Part shown: positions 40,509 through 54,300 of the stretch, in pieces
How positions within the stretch are numbered: position 1 is the stretch's first letter
Layout of the letters: every line of letters starts with the position of its first letter
Origin: Hormiphora californensis
Lineage: Eukaryota > Animalia > Ctenophora
DNA length: 64,000 bases
Direction of reading: 5' to 3'
Assembly: GCA_020137815.1 (NCBI GenBank)
Contig: CM035356.1
Location: 2,666,001-2,730,000, forward strand
The notes under the pieces: generated by a model
Told to the model about the DNA's origin: nothing
What the model saw: only the letters and a program-made list of their open reading frames with translations
The model's database searches: none
Translations under genes and position numbers: made by a program

Positions 40509-43500
40509 ATGTCTCTGAGTGTGCACGCGGTGAAGGGGGTCAACTTGCCCCTGTTGGAAAAGAGTGGATCCCAGAGTACCTACGTGACATGCTTCTTCCA
40601 GGTATGTCGCCCAAATCACCATGTTGTAATTGTTAAATCTTGGTCAGCTGATATCCCAACTTGGGGTCATTTCTAACATCCCACATCTCTACCAGGGGTA
40701 CACCCTGACTAGTAAGGTGTTTGACAACTCCCTGAATCCTGAGTGGAATGAGCAGATGGACTTCCCCGTGGGCAAGATGGGTGTCTCAGCTGATGATGAT
40801 GTCACCATTGAGGTCTTCACATATCGAACAGGTATTATAGATCTGTTGTGATTAACAGGTATAGATCTGCCCTATTGCTAGTGTTGAACCTATTTAGCTA
40901 TTATGGGTTAAAAAGGCAGGACGAAAAATCATGGTTAACGTGTGTCAGGACTCCCCCTCCTCTCTCTCCTTCCTAACACCTCCCCGCCCCGTTAACCCCT
41001 CCTCTCATCCTCCGTTTATAACCCCTCCTCTCTCTCCTTCCTAACACTTCACCGCCCCGTTAACCCCTCCTCTTTCCCTCCTCTTTCCCCCCTCCTCTTT
41101 CCCCTCCCCGCCCCGCTACCCCCTCCTCTCCCCTTTAGATGCACGTGGAAAGTCGGTGGGTAGGTGTTCTACCTCTGCAATGGGTCTCCTAGTTACCCCA
41201 ACTATTACAACTGAACTGAAGCTCAAGGACACCCTTGGAAATGAAACCGGGGTAATTAGAAATATCTGTCAGAGCATTGGCCTGACCCTATAATTCTCAC
41301 CGTGGTCAGGGCATTGGCCTGACAGAGCAGTGTTGAATTGGTGTTATGTGAGTTGGTGCATTGAGTAAGGAACCGGATACACAACAAACAGTGCACGGTT
41401 CTGAAAATATTTCCAACTATCACTGACAACCATTATATGTAAACGTATACATATCCTTCAGGCGTTGACACTAATTAAAATGGTGTACGACCCCCCTCCC
41501 GGTGTTGATACTGAAAAAGAAACCAGAACGTAAGTTTACTAGATCCTCATTGTTCCATCTTTGTTAACTTTGTGAGTGGAAACAACTCTGTCAGAGTATA
41601 ATTGGCCTGGCCCTATTCTCATTACTTTCAAAGAAGAGAATAACAGTGGGATAACATTCAGAGCATTGTCGTGACAGTAGCAATTGCTCTGAATGACTAC
41701 CCCTCCAACCCCACTTCATAATCCCTTTCATAATGTTCAGGGCGGCGCCGATAAAACAGGACACCCTATCCATCATTCCCGATACCTACCAAATGAGATT
41801 TACAATCCATGAGTGCAGGAAACTCACCCATTGGCCCTGCAACCCTGTTGTAGTGCTGAGAATTGGCAGGGATACCCGGTCTACACAGATCGCTAATAAT
41901 ACTGTCGATCCTGTATATGAAGAGGTGTGTTGCTATGGTAACTTGTCTAGTTTGTCTGTCAAACTGCAGACACTGGAATACTGTTTCTAACTGCAATGAC
42001 AATGACAATTTTTTCCCTGCCCGGGTGATTACCGAAGGCAATCACCCGGGATGATCTTTTTAGCACGCACGTGCTAAAAAGATCATTCAGGGTTTAGAAA
42101 TCAGCAGATTGTGTAGTTAACTAAAAGTGTCCGTCCGTCCGTCCGTCACGGACAACGCCTAACAACAAGTCTGCTCCTTCATAAAACTTTCATCTCACGC
42201 TTCGTTGATTCAACAAAGGAAATGATTAACACACATTGTGGCACGCAATTACTCGCTGATAGCACTTCCCACTATCACCTGAAATCACTTTGGGCGCCCT
42301 ACAGCCATGCTATGAAGTGATAGAACGTCTTCCAAGCATGAAACATTGAAACTACTGTCACACTAGTGACTCGAGTTGAGATGCGGTTAAAGTTGAAGCA
42401 CTTGGTAACCAACTGGGGTCTCCTAAGCATTTGCCTTGGTTACCATAGGAACTGCTTTGGTTACCATAGCAACTGCCTTTGGTTACCATAGCAACTCACC
42501 TAGTTACCTTAGTAACCAACATTGCATCAGCCAAAAAATGCTCTTTGAGCACAAAATTCATCAGGAAATCCAGTTTTGAAGCTTATTCATCAATTTTAAA
42601 TCCATTTGGCAGGGAAACACCGCATTATGAATACATAATGCAATAATTCTTGTTTGCTACTACATACTGTATAACACGTGATACTTTCAGATGATACCCT
42701 TTGTGATGTACCAGTCTCCCTTTGATATTGCTCAGATGGTTGTCGATATTAGTGTGAGTATAGGTCTATCTTTCCTGTTGTGACTGTCAGGCCAATGCTC
42801 TGACAGTGTTGTGATAACAGCCCTTTCCTTCGTACCCCATGATTTTTGAACACACGCATAAAGAAACTGTGACTCAATAGAAGTAACCCATTATAATAAT
42901 CATCTTTACCCACAGATTTTGAATACACTGCGGGTGGATGAGGCATCTTTAGTTGGGGAGTTCAAGTTTGTTGTTATGACTGCATTCATCAGTGACCGTA
43001 AGTTTAGTTAATCAATAAAACTCAAATAGTTGGAAATTGCATAAATAACTAGACTCTCTTTAACAACCACTGCTACCTTGCCTGGTTTTTTACAATGTAA
43101 ATTAGTACCGTATGACTATGAGCAAGCGTTTAATAAGATTAGTAAGTCTTGCCTACATATGTAATGTAGCATTTCTATTTCTCTCAATCTCTTTTCTTTC
43201 ACTACTTCTCTCCCTTCTTTATTCTTCTCTCGCTCTTATAACTCCACCCTACTATAATCAAGTTTGTCATATTTCACATAGACCATCGCAACTAGATTAA
43301 ATTTTGTCTGACAGCGATCAGATCGGGTGGGCGCTGCCAGACAGATCAGCTACCCAATTCAGTCACGTGACCTCTCTATCTCTCCTCAGCTATCGGTTGG
43401 GAAGAACCAGCATACTTGAGTACAGACACATGCCGTACCATGTTCAAGAAATGGGTGATGGTAACCCACCCTGCCGAGAACCCCAAAAACATCAAGGTAC

Positions 43501-46500
43501 ACTTTGCTTTTTTCAGATTTCTCTTTTTTCATTTGTCAGATTTATCTTTGTCACGGGAGTGTTTAGCCCAAAATGATAGTAAAAATGACAATATTCAAGT
43601 TGTCACAGGTTTGATATCTTACTTCCCCCCTACACAGGGCTTCGTATCACTATCAATGAGTATCCTGGCATCAGGCCAAAAGATGATAATCCCACCTCGG
43701 ATCGAGTCCCTCCTCCTGGATGTAATGTCCAACATCATGAGACCCTCTGAGGTGTATGCTCAGTACCAGAAACTAGTCATCAGGGTTCACAAAGCAGAGG
43801 ATCTTACTCAAAGTAAGTTAATTAACATACGTCCTATCAATTAATTGGTTCTCATTATCTTTTATAACTAACTGGGCCTAATCGGACCTAATATACACTC
43901 AGCTGCACATAATAGTAGTACAGAATTCTTGCTGATATAATAATGATTGTTTCCAGTGTCAGCTGCCCCTGTCAGTATGGATGGCCAGGAGTCCAAGCTG
44001 GTAAAGACGGCCTACACTGACCCCTACGTGACGCTATCTTATGGTGGTACCAAGGCACGTACCTCCCTGGAGTATAGCAACTACAACCCAGTGTTCATGG
44101 AGGATGTGTTGTTTAATATTGAGGTAGGTCATCATGTGTCGTGTTGTAGTTCTGACGTCACAGACCCAGGTCGACCTGATCCGAGCCCATTGCTGAGTCC
44201 ATAATTGCTGAGAAACGGGGTCAGACAGACATTAGCTAGAATCTTAAAGTTTTTATCTTGCTACCGGGTTACCCCCCCCCCCCCCTTATTACATGTGTGC
44301 CTGATCCCTGTTTCTCTCTACTCTCAGGTTCCCACCATTTGCACGACTCTCATTATCACACTGATGGACAGGGACATTGAGTTCGATGGAATTGATGACC
44401 CCATCGGTACCATCTTCCTAAAACTGGACCTCATTGGTTACCAGAGCAACGATCACTTTGGTAATAAATACTAAATAGTTAAGGGCCTATAAGAAAAACT
44501 CAACAAATTTAAACAGTACGGTGGTTGACGAAACCCCAATGCTATGTAGATCTTTGCCTTGCTCGACCCTGTTAGAACATAACATGTAGATTTGATTTAC
44601 TCACAGTTCCCCTCCCCACCAGGTTTTGATCCCCAGTTTGGGCCTTGTTACCTCAACTTTTACGGCCGACCCCGTGAGATCAAGGAGGCGTATGAGAAAC
44701 TGGAGCATCTAAACTTGGGCTGGGTACCCGGGGTGGCTTTCCGAGGCAGGTTGTTCCTGGAGATATTCACTAAACCAAGTTACTCCATGGGAGCGTTTGT
44801 AGATGTGGAGGATAGCCCGGCTGATGCTAAATCAAAAGTTGAGGTAGGTTACACACACACACATGACTCTAGTAATACAGCACCAATAATTTCAATTCTT
44901 AACACCCCCATCCTCCAGTTATAATACCAAATAATGCAATTCTAAACACTCCTCCCTCCTATCCCCGGTTATAATACCACTAATAATTGCAATTCTAAAC
45001 ACCCCCTCCCATCCCCAGTTGTTCCAAAACCGTTCCAGTTTCATCCTGCTGGTAGGCTTTATTGAGGCGACCATGCTGGAGAGGGGAGACCAGGCCATTC
45101 AGTTTGAGGTGTCCATAGGGGACTTTGGGAACAGTATGAGTCCTACCGCTGAAAGGACCAACTCACTGACAGCATTCACTCAACCCATGTATGATGGTAC
45201 CAAGTACTACTACTGCAACTGGGATGAAGGTAAACTGTGTGTAGACTTCAGACACTTGTGAAACAGTCCAGTTAAAATCAATCGCCAGAGCTTTAGATTC
45301 CCAATTGTTTATGACGGTTCTCTAACTAACCCTCCGTCACAAGTCGACCGGTTCTCTAACTAACCCCCACCCTTAACAGGTCGACCGGTGTGTCTAGTAC
45401 CCTCAATGTGGGAGGACTGCACCTACCGACTCCACACGCTAAACCTTCTAGAGAGGATTCTACTCAGGTAACTGCACTTGTGTAGTAGCTCACACCGCTC
45501 TGTGTTGTTTTGTTCAAATAACAGTCTAACTTGGCAAGCTCTATGAGCGTTCGGTAAAGCAAGAAGCTCTACTTGTAATAATCAGGGTCAGTGTATTGTT
45601 CGGCTATAACAGCCCGGAGTAATCATTATGCTTCAACCTTTTAACTCTTGTTATTAAGTTTGATTGACAACTTAATTACCCAGATTTGAGGATCAATCAC
45701 GAGGTGAGAGCAATAACTAACTTGTTTTACCTGCAGATTTGAGGATAACTTGGAGAAGTGCCAGGAGCTGATACAGTTGGAGTCGGAGGAGAAAGATATC
45801 AAAGCAGCCATGAAACGGGCCCTGAAAGAACTAGCTGCTGACTGCGGGTAAATACCTCACCCCTCCCCGGATATAGCCTTACTCGACCTTCTCACCGGAT
45901 TGTAAAGGAGGGTTACAACATAACAAGCCAATTATTATTGCAATGTTATTCGCAATTACCCAGTCGTCAGAATGTTCTATACAGTCGGACCCCGATTTAG
46001 GGGCCCCCGATTTAGTGGACACCCCGATTTAGGGGCCCCCGATTTAGTGGACACCCCGATTTAGTGGACAAGAGCCTTTCCCCCGAAGGTGTCCCTAAAA
46101 CGGGGTCCGACTGTAGTCTATACTCATCCTTTTCCTAGGATCAAGTTACCGAACCTGCCACCGGTGCACAATAATCTCGATGAGAAGCTATTGCACCTTC
46201 GACATTTCAAGCTGGGAAGATAGCAGAGAGAGCGAGGAAGGCCATCACGGGTATCAAGGCCACGTGGGCGTTCTATGATCACATGTGCAGTTTTAAGGAA
46301 GACAGTAAGTAGCTGCAGTTTAGTTAGAACAACCCTCTCTAGGTAACCTTGGTTACGAAGTTACACCTCCCTTGCCAGCGCGCGCGAAACATAGTGTGAG
46401 GTGTCTTCGATACCAAAGGTAACCTTGGTAACGATGTTACCCCTCCCCCTTGCTGGCGCTAAGGGGTTATTTGATAACCAATCTAGATCCCCTCTCTCTC

Positions 46501-49500
46501 AGTTATTGATGCATGTAACGAGCCCCTCTCTCTCAGTTATCGATGCATGTAACGAGCCCCTCTATCTCAGTTATCGATGCATGTAACGAGCCCCTCTCTC
46601 TCAGTTATTGATGCATGTAACTAGACTGCCTCTGCAGGTTATTGAGATGGCTACACGAGCCCCATCCCCCTCCAGTTATACCAAGAAGGGCCCCAGGAAG
46701 CCTCAAAGTAACCGACCAATGAGGTGTATGGATGTCTTTTACGGAGAGGTGGCCTACTACAAGGACATCACCATTCACACGCAAAGGGCCCTGGAGTGCC
46801 TGCACAGTTGTAACGAAGTATTCCAGGCAATGTGACACTATCCCCCTTTGTAGTATCTCCCTGTCAGCATCTGAAATGTTTGTTGTCTGGTGCGAACAGA
46901 TACTGACGTGCATCTTTGTTGAGTGTTGCTGTTTCTGAACGAGGAGGAATAAGAACATGAATATGTGAGGACGTAACACGTCGTGAACAGTTAACCCAGT
47001 TAATCAACTCATCAATTTATTGAGTGTATCTCATTCCCCTCACATGTCGTTATAGACTGGGTACGCGAGACATGAGATCAGAACGGATGGGTATAGCTGG
47101 GGTTGAAGGTTCAGTGCTGGGTTTGGACCAGCAGGAGGAAACGGTAAGTATGATTACTAGTATGGTACGTGAAAACTAAGTGTTACTAACATGTTTATAA
47201 TGTTAACTGATTTTACAATGTTTACCAAATGTTCAAAACCGCATGTTAATGTCTCTAATACACCCTTCGATCAGTATACACTTTACGCCAACCTTTGAAA
47301 TCGACGTGAATGGGTATAGTGGGTTCAAGGTCTCATACCTGAGTTCTCCAACAGGGAACGTAAGTTTATTGAACTTGGTTAGATATCAAGTGAGCAGGTG
47401 TCATGTTAAATAGATTCTGATTCAGATAGCATTACCGCAAAGTGCTTAGCACGCTAATCGATTGAATATCTCGACTTCAGGATCTTCATTTACGGAAGTT
47501 ATGTGATTAAACAATCATCAAACTGAGTGATTCTCAGCATAAACATATTTTAGTCAGGGTTATCAGATACGGTACGGAAGAGGGCAAGGGTTGGGGTTCC
47601 GCTACCAAGGTATGCAGCTATTGAGTTTGAATTTTCCGACCCTCAAATGACTTATTTTGTTGAATTTGTCATACTTTTTTCCCAAAAAACGTAGCGCGGA
47701 ACACAGCATCAATCAGGTGACTCAACTTTCGCGGGGATGGTACCTGTCCCTGCTGGTAAAATAACAGCTCAATAACTGACCCCGGTACCCCCCCCCCCCT
47801 TGTTGCAGGTCTGGATGAATGCTTCTATGGAAGAGATACCTACCAAGACATTAGAGGAGATGAAATTAAAGCCTGCCAATTGGGAGATTAAATTGGAGTG
47901 GGTCATTAATCCCAACCAGCCAGGAGATGGAAATAGTGAGTTAATTAACAACTTAATCTACAGTAGTTTAATTTGCTAAACATAGCAGCCACCGAGGTAG
48001 TACCCCTCTTATTTAAATGAGATTTAAATAAGAGTTTTCGGCCAGCCCTCAGGTACTCACAGTTCCTTTTATTTCGAAGGACTTGTGCCCTAATATCAAC
48101 ATATCCCATTGTGCCCAGGTGCCCTAACATCCCCCCCCTAACATTGAAACATATCCCTGTCTTGTTTAGGCTGGCAGTATGCTACAGAAGTTGATTCTGG
48201 TGAATTCTCCTCCTCTGCAAAGTCCTACCATTTCTGTAGGAGGAGGATGTGGATTAGGGAGCGAGTCAGGGTGGGGGAATCCGAGTTACCATCCGTTAAG
48301 GTAGTGAGAAATATAATATTTAGAAAGAAATGACATTTGTATATTTAATTAATTGTAGAGCATGTAATTTATAAGCAATGTTAGATATCGACAAGAAAAA
48401 CGAGCGATTTTCAATGTTAGATATGTGTATAAATCATGTTATAACACATTTCCACACAGAAAGTGATAGAGACGACGGGTGGATGGGATTATGCCAAGAC
48501 GTTCTCCTCTCGGTTCCATAGTGGTGAGATGACAAGTGACATAGTGAGAAGGAGGAGGTGGAGAAGAATGTTAAACAGTAGAAATGTTGGACCTGTTTCT
48601 TTTGAGGTACGGGTCGAACATGGAGTAGTCAATAATTTTAAAACCTATAGGTTACTAATTATTAGTATTCATAATTGCCCCCCCCCCCCCCCCGCTAATC
48701 GCTATTTCACAATATTTCTCTCTCAGGTATACTCTAATAATAAGAGAGAGTTGGTTCCCCCTGTTATGATGATTGAGTTCCCTGAAGTCAACACATATGA
48801 AGTCCGTGCCCATATCTACCAGGGTAGGTGTCTCGGATTGCCTTGTTCGGCCCTCTCTCACGTTGCGCACGGTGAAATAGTGCAAATGTAAAGAAGGGTT
48901 AGAACATAACAAGTCTTTGATCATGTTGACCAGTTGACATCTCAACAAATCTTTTTTTCATCAATCAACCGATTTAGTCAAACTATTGATTTACCTGGGC
49001 AGGGTTTGTGCACGGTTTATCTAGATGCAAGGTAAATCGAGCACTGACTAATTATTATTTAGGTGTTCAACCCCCCCCCATCCTATCAGGCCTGTCTGGG
49101 TTCAACTTTTCACCCCCCCCCCCCATCCTATCAGGCCTGTCTGTGTTAAACTTTTCACCCCCCCCCATCCTATCAGGCCGTGAGCTGATGAGTCCAGAGG
49201 TAGATGGTACGATCAATGCGTACTGTGTAGTTAGCTGCTGGCGTCACACCGCCATTACAAGAACTATAAAGAAACAACTCTCTCCCACGTGGGATCAATC
49301 TTTCATGTTCAAAGGTAGGTTAAAATGAGTCATGTTCAAACAGACAATAATTCGTTTAATTTGTTCAGGAATCTCGATTAACGGGAATTCAAACGATGTG
49401 AGGAACTCCCTCCCCGCTGTCAACATTACCATCTGGCACAACGGTGCTAATGTAAGCTGCATCACGTGACATTAGTAGAATCACGCGTAACTTAAGTAGA

Positions 49501-51320
49501 ATCACGCGTGACATTAGTAGAATCACGTGTGACTTTGTAACTAGAATCACGCGTGACTATGTTATCCCCCTCTTCTTATCTAGGCGGATGTGCCGGTTGG
49601 TGTGGTCAGTGTGTCTCCTTCTCCCTTCTTCGGGGAGGTCTACAAGCCATCCAGAATGATGTGGTACCCTGTGTACTCACGGGGCGAGCACCAGGGAGAT
49701 ATCCTAGGGGCTTTCGAGATTTTCCAGGTCAGTACTACACGACAATATCATGTCGATTGTCGGGATTACGTATAGCCCAAATGTATCAAAACGAACAGGC
49801 CTTTGCAAGAAAAGGAAAACAGTAATACTAAAATAGCAACCCCGGTTCCCCACTCAGACCCTGGAGGGAGAAGATATCCCGTTTGTTCCACCTCCTCACC
49901 CTAGTGGCAAGGGCCTCCAAGTTCCCCCTGGAATCAGGCCAATTCTCAAACAGAACCGTATCGAGGTTCTCAGTTGGGGGTTGCGTCATTTGAAATTCTG
50001 GTGTGGCAAGCCTGTGGTAAACCCTCGTCTGGAGATTGAGTGTAGTGGGTCTATATTGGTGTTACCAAACATTGATGATGTCCTAAATGATCCTAACTTC
50101 CCGAAAACTGCTCATTATTTTGATGTGGTAAGTACATGTTAGTATGTCAGGAGTTTTCGTTACAGTATTCAAACACCCTTCCTTCTGTTGGTGCTTCAAT
50201 TCTGATTTAACCCATTACCCCGCCCCCCCCCCCTTCTATTCACTCAGTCGTTGCCTCAAGAGAACAACTTCAAACCTCCTATCAACATCCGACTGCTGGA
50301 TCAGCGGCCCAATGGGTTCACACCGCTTGTCGGTAAAAAGGTCATCAAAGACTTCCAACCATTTGATCCAGACTGGATTTTGGAGCAGCTCTTTCAGAAG
50401 GACAAGCCTGGAGATGCGGATAAGGACAGTGACAAGAACTCACTTAGTATGTGTTAACATTAGCTACCACTGGTTACCATGAGTTACCATATTATACTAC
50501 CACTGTTTCATTATTTGGTGCAGTTAGTAACACCTAGTTACCGTTATAGTTAGTAGTTACCAATGGTTGTTCTATGAAAACACTTTTCCACAGTCAGTGA
50601 AGAAGAGGAGGAAAAAGCAGCAAGTATTGCAGAGACAGTTGTTATTATTGAAGATGAAGATGAACCTTCAGGTAATAATACTACTGCTCCTTCATAAACA
50701 TTTCCATTGCTCCTTCATAAAACTAGATTTTCCTACCCAGGTTGCGCGGCTTGCCTGAGTAAGAAGAAGCATCTTGGGAAGGATAAGCCAGGAATAAAGC
50801 CCATGTTGATAGTTGATGAGAGTGATGATTGGGAAGTTCCTTTCAATGTATTGGTGGAGCAGGTACGTGCTCCTTCATAAAACTTATTATATGCTCCTTT
50901 ATAAAACTTTTTGTATGCTCCTTTATAAAACATTTTGTATGCTCCTTTATAAAACAATAAAACATAATTCCAGGTACTATGCTATGCAGGGCAATGAAGC
51001 TGCTATACAAGACCTTCCTTCACCATGAGCTACCTATCATTGTGGTGTACGAAGAGGAAATCGAGAACTTCATTCAACAACTTCAGGTACAAACTCTTCT
51101 CTCGATTGCCCCAATTACCACCCCCTCATTTCTCCTAACATGTTTCTCCTTCCTAGTGATGCCATCCAGCAGTTTGTGTTGCAGCGATGCCCCAAGTTGG
51201 GTGGTGATCCAGATGATGAGGACGATGAAAAGGATCCAGCTATCGGCATGTACAAGGGATCCTTCAGGTATAACATATCACCAACTGTTTACTAGACGGA
51301 TCCCTTTTCTCTCTCACACA

Positions 51321-51377
<57 letters not shown>

Positions 51378-54300
51378 CTCAACCATTACAGGATCTACCA
51401 ACTGAACCCCGACAAAGAGAAAAACAGGGATCTAATTTATGGGACTGTACCAACTGTCGGACCTATCTCTATCAACGTCCGACTTTACGCTCTCCAGGGA
51501 CTACGACTTGCTTGCAGGTATACTGTTCTTTTATAAACCTTGCTATTTTACTCCTTTATCAAACTTTTCACTTTGCGTAATAAGAATATGTATGCTCCTT
51601 CATAAACATATTTTTATCCGTTTCAGGAGTCGTATCAAGGAGAACACATGTGATCCCTTCCTAGTCGCTAAACTGGGGACAAGGGAAATATACGATGTGG
51701 AGAACAGTAGGATTATGAACAACAGAGATCCACAGTTCAGTAAGGTGTACAACATGGTAACAATGATTCCCAACCAGCCTCAACTCATCGTTCAGGTACT
51801 GATACCTCTCGACTTAGAATATAGGTGGTGCGGCGTGACCTATTTTGTAAACATACTGGGTAGGACGAGTTTCTTAATAATATATATCTCTTCAGGTCTG
51901 GGATTGGAATGCAACTGATGAGGGTCGTGATATTTTGATAGGTGAAACGAGGATCGATCTCGAGAACAGGTATACCCAGGGTATAATTATACACAGCTGG
52001 GTGAAACCTCATAAATTGTAATGACATCATCATCATCTATATTCTATAACACCTCGCAATCCCCCTCCCAGTTCCAAATAGTCACCATACTGCCCCGTTC
52101 AGGTATCTGAGTGTGAAGAGACCTATGTGCGGGTTGACGGAGCGGTACATGATCGATGGGCCTCACAAGTGGCGAGATTTCATGTCACCAGTACAGATTC
52201 TAGAGGAGTGGTGTCTTGCTAATGGTACAGACACCCCGTCATTTTATTATTTTAACGAATCATTATTTTCACATAACTTCTTTATATTGGGTCTCTCTTC
52301 TTTGTTGTTACTCTTCATTCTCCCAGGTATTGAGGTACCAGTGTATGCTAGTGATGGAAAGACAGCCAGCATCAATGGGGAGATGTTTGCTGTAGAGGAG
52401 TTTGAGAAACACAATATCAATTATGAAGATAGCACCATGTAAGTGAAGGGGGAGGGCTGTTGTAACACAACATCAATTATGAAGATAGCACCATGTAAGT
52501 GAAGGGGTGTTGTAAGATAGCACCATGTAAGTGAAGGGGTGTTGTAAGATAGCACCATGTAAAAAGGGGGAGGGGTGTTGTAAGATGTAATTGTGGGCAT
52601 ATTTAACAGCACACAGACAAATCCTAATTCACACGGCGCCCTAATTGTTATGTTGGTACTGCAGTTGGTTACGAAGTCACCCCTTTTATTGCATTCCATG
52701 AGCAATAATAACAGAGGGGTAATTTCATTACCAAGTACTGCTGTGTATGAGCTATAGTTATTGTTTATTTCCCGAATTATCAGGTGGGGAGAGTACAAGG
52801 AGAGGATAGCGCTGTATATCCTCCTGGAGATGGGTCTAATCAGGGATTACGTGGAGAAGAGACAGCTAACTGACCCCGTCATGCCTGGAGTACCACAGGG
52901 CAGACTTCTCATGTGGGTATGTGACACGCGTGTATTATAATAGTTGTGATCACATCATTTGGGAGGTGATGTTGCTAGCTTCACCTCCACACTCCCCAAA
53001 TTCCTCCCCACTACATCACTACCCCCCCCCCCCCCCCACTTCCCCCTCATTTCCCCCCTACTAGGTTGATATATTCCCGTTCTCTGAGAAGCCCCCAGAT
53101 CCGATGAGGGTTGACCCACCCAACCCAGTGGAGCAGGAGTTGCGGGTGATTGTACATGCTGTCACCAAGGTCAAGACACTTCAGGAGATAGAACCTGAGC
53201 CAGGAATGGAGCCACTAAATGATCTTGTTGTACAGGTATGATATATATCTGTCTATCCCTCTCTCTCTCTATCTCGCCCTCTATCTCTATCTCTCTCTCT
53301 CTATCTCTATTGTGGCTGGTGTGAAGTGGTACAGAACTGTGCACGATGTAAAATCTGCTTCACTATTGATCAGTCTGCAAACACGTTACAACACAGTGTC
53401 ACGTTTTCTTCCACACCACATTTAGAACATTCGGTGGGCGTTCGGTTTAACTTTGCACTATCCTTAAGACAAGAGTATAAACAGTAAAACTGATACGAGA
53501 AGTAGTGGACCCCCTCCCACACAGTTTTTAGAATCGTACATCTCACATCGTTCTCTTCTTTCTCTATAGTAGCGACTAGGCTATTTTCTCCCCTATATAC
53601 CGCCCCATGGGTTGGTCCCTTCTCTCTCTACCTCCCCCATTCCACAGGGTATATATTCTCTCCCTACATACCTCCCCCACCCCACAGGGTATATTCTCTC
53701 CCTACATACCTCCCCCACCCCAGGGTATATTCTCTCCCTACCTCCACTCCCCCCACACCAGGGTATATTCTCGGGAGACACAGAGGCCCAAGTTTCGGAG
53801 ATTCACAAGAGGGCTGTTAATGGGGATGGAATGTTCAACTGGAGATTCAAGTTTAACTTCCTCTACTCCTATCTGAAAAGGAAGGTTATGGTACCAGGGG
53901 ACATAGAGGACACTTACTACAACCCAATTGTCACACTCAGGGTAATATACACATTTGGGTGACAAGTCCCACGTTTACTACAAAACAGTTGTTGTGCATG
54001 CCTTAATATTAGGAGATCCATGTCACCTGGATTTATATTTCTGAAACTCCTGTGTAATGTACATTATATCGTGGTCCTGTATCAGTAGTTTAATTCACTA
54101 GACTCACTAGTATTGTTGGTGGTCCTTGTCCCGGATAGTGCTCTACTCACGGTTGCGAGGAGCTATTTACAAGTAAAACAAGGAAGTTTTAGTTCAACAG
54201 TTTACACATGTTTCAATACAAATTGTATTTCATCATACAATTAAACTACAATACAATACAACTAAAACTTCCTTGTTTTACTTGTAGACTCACTAGTAGT

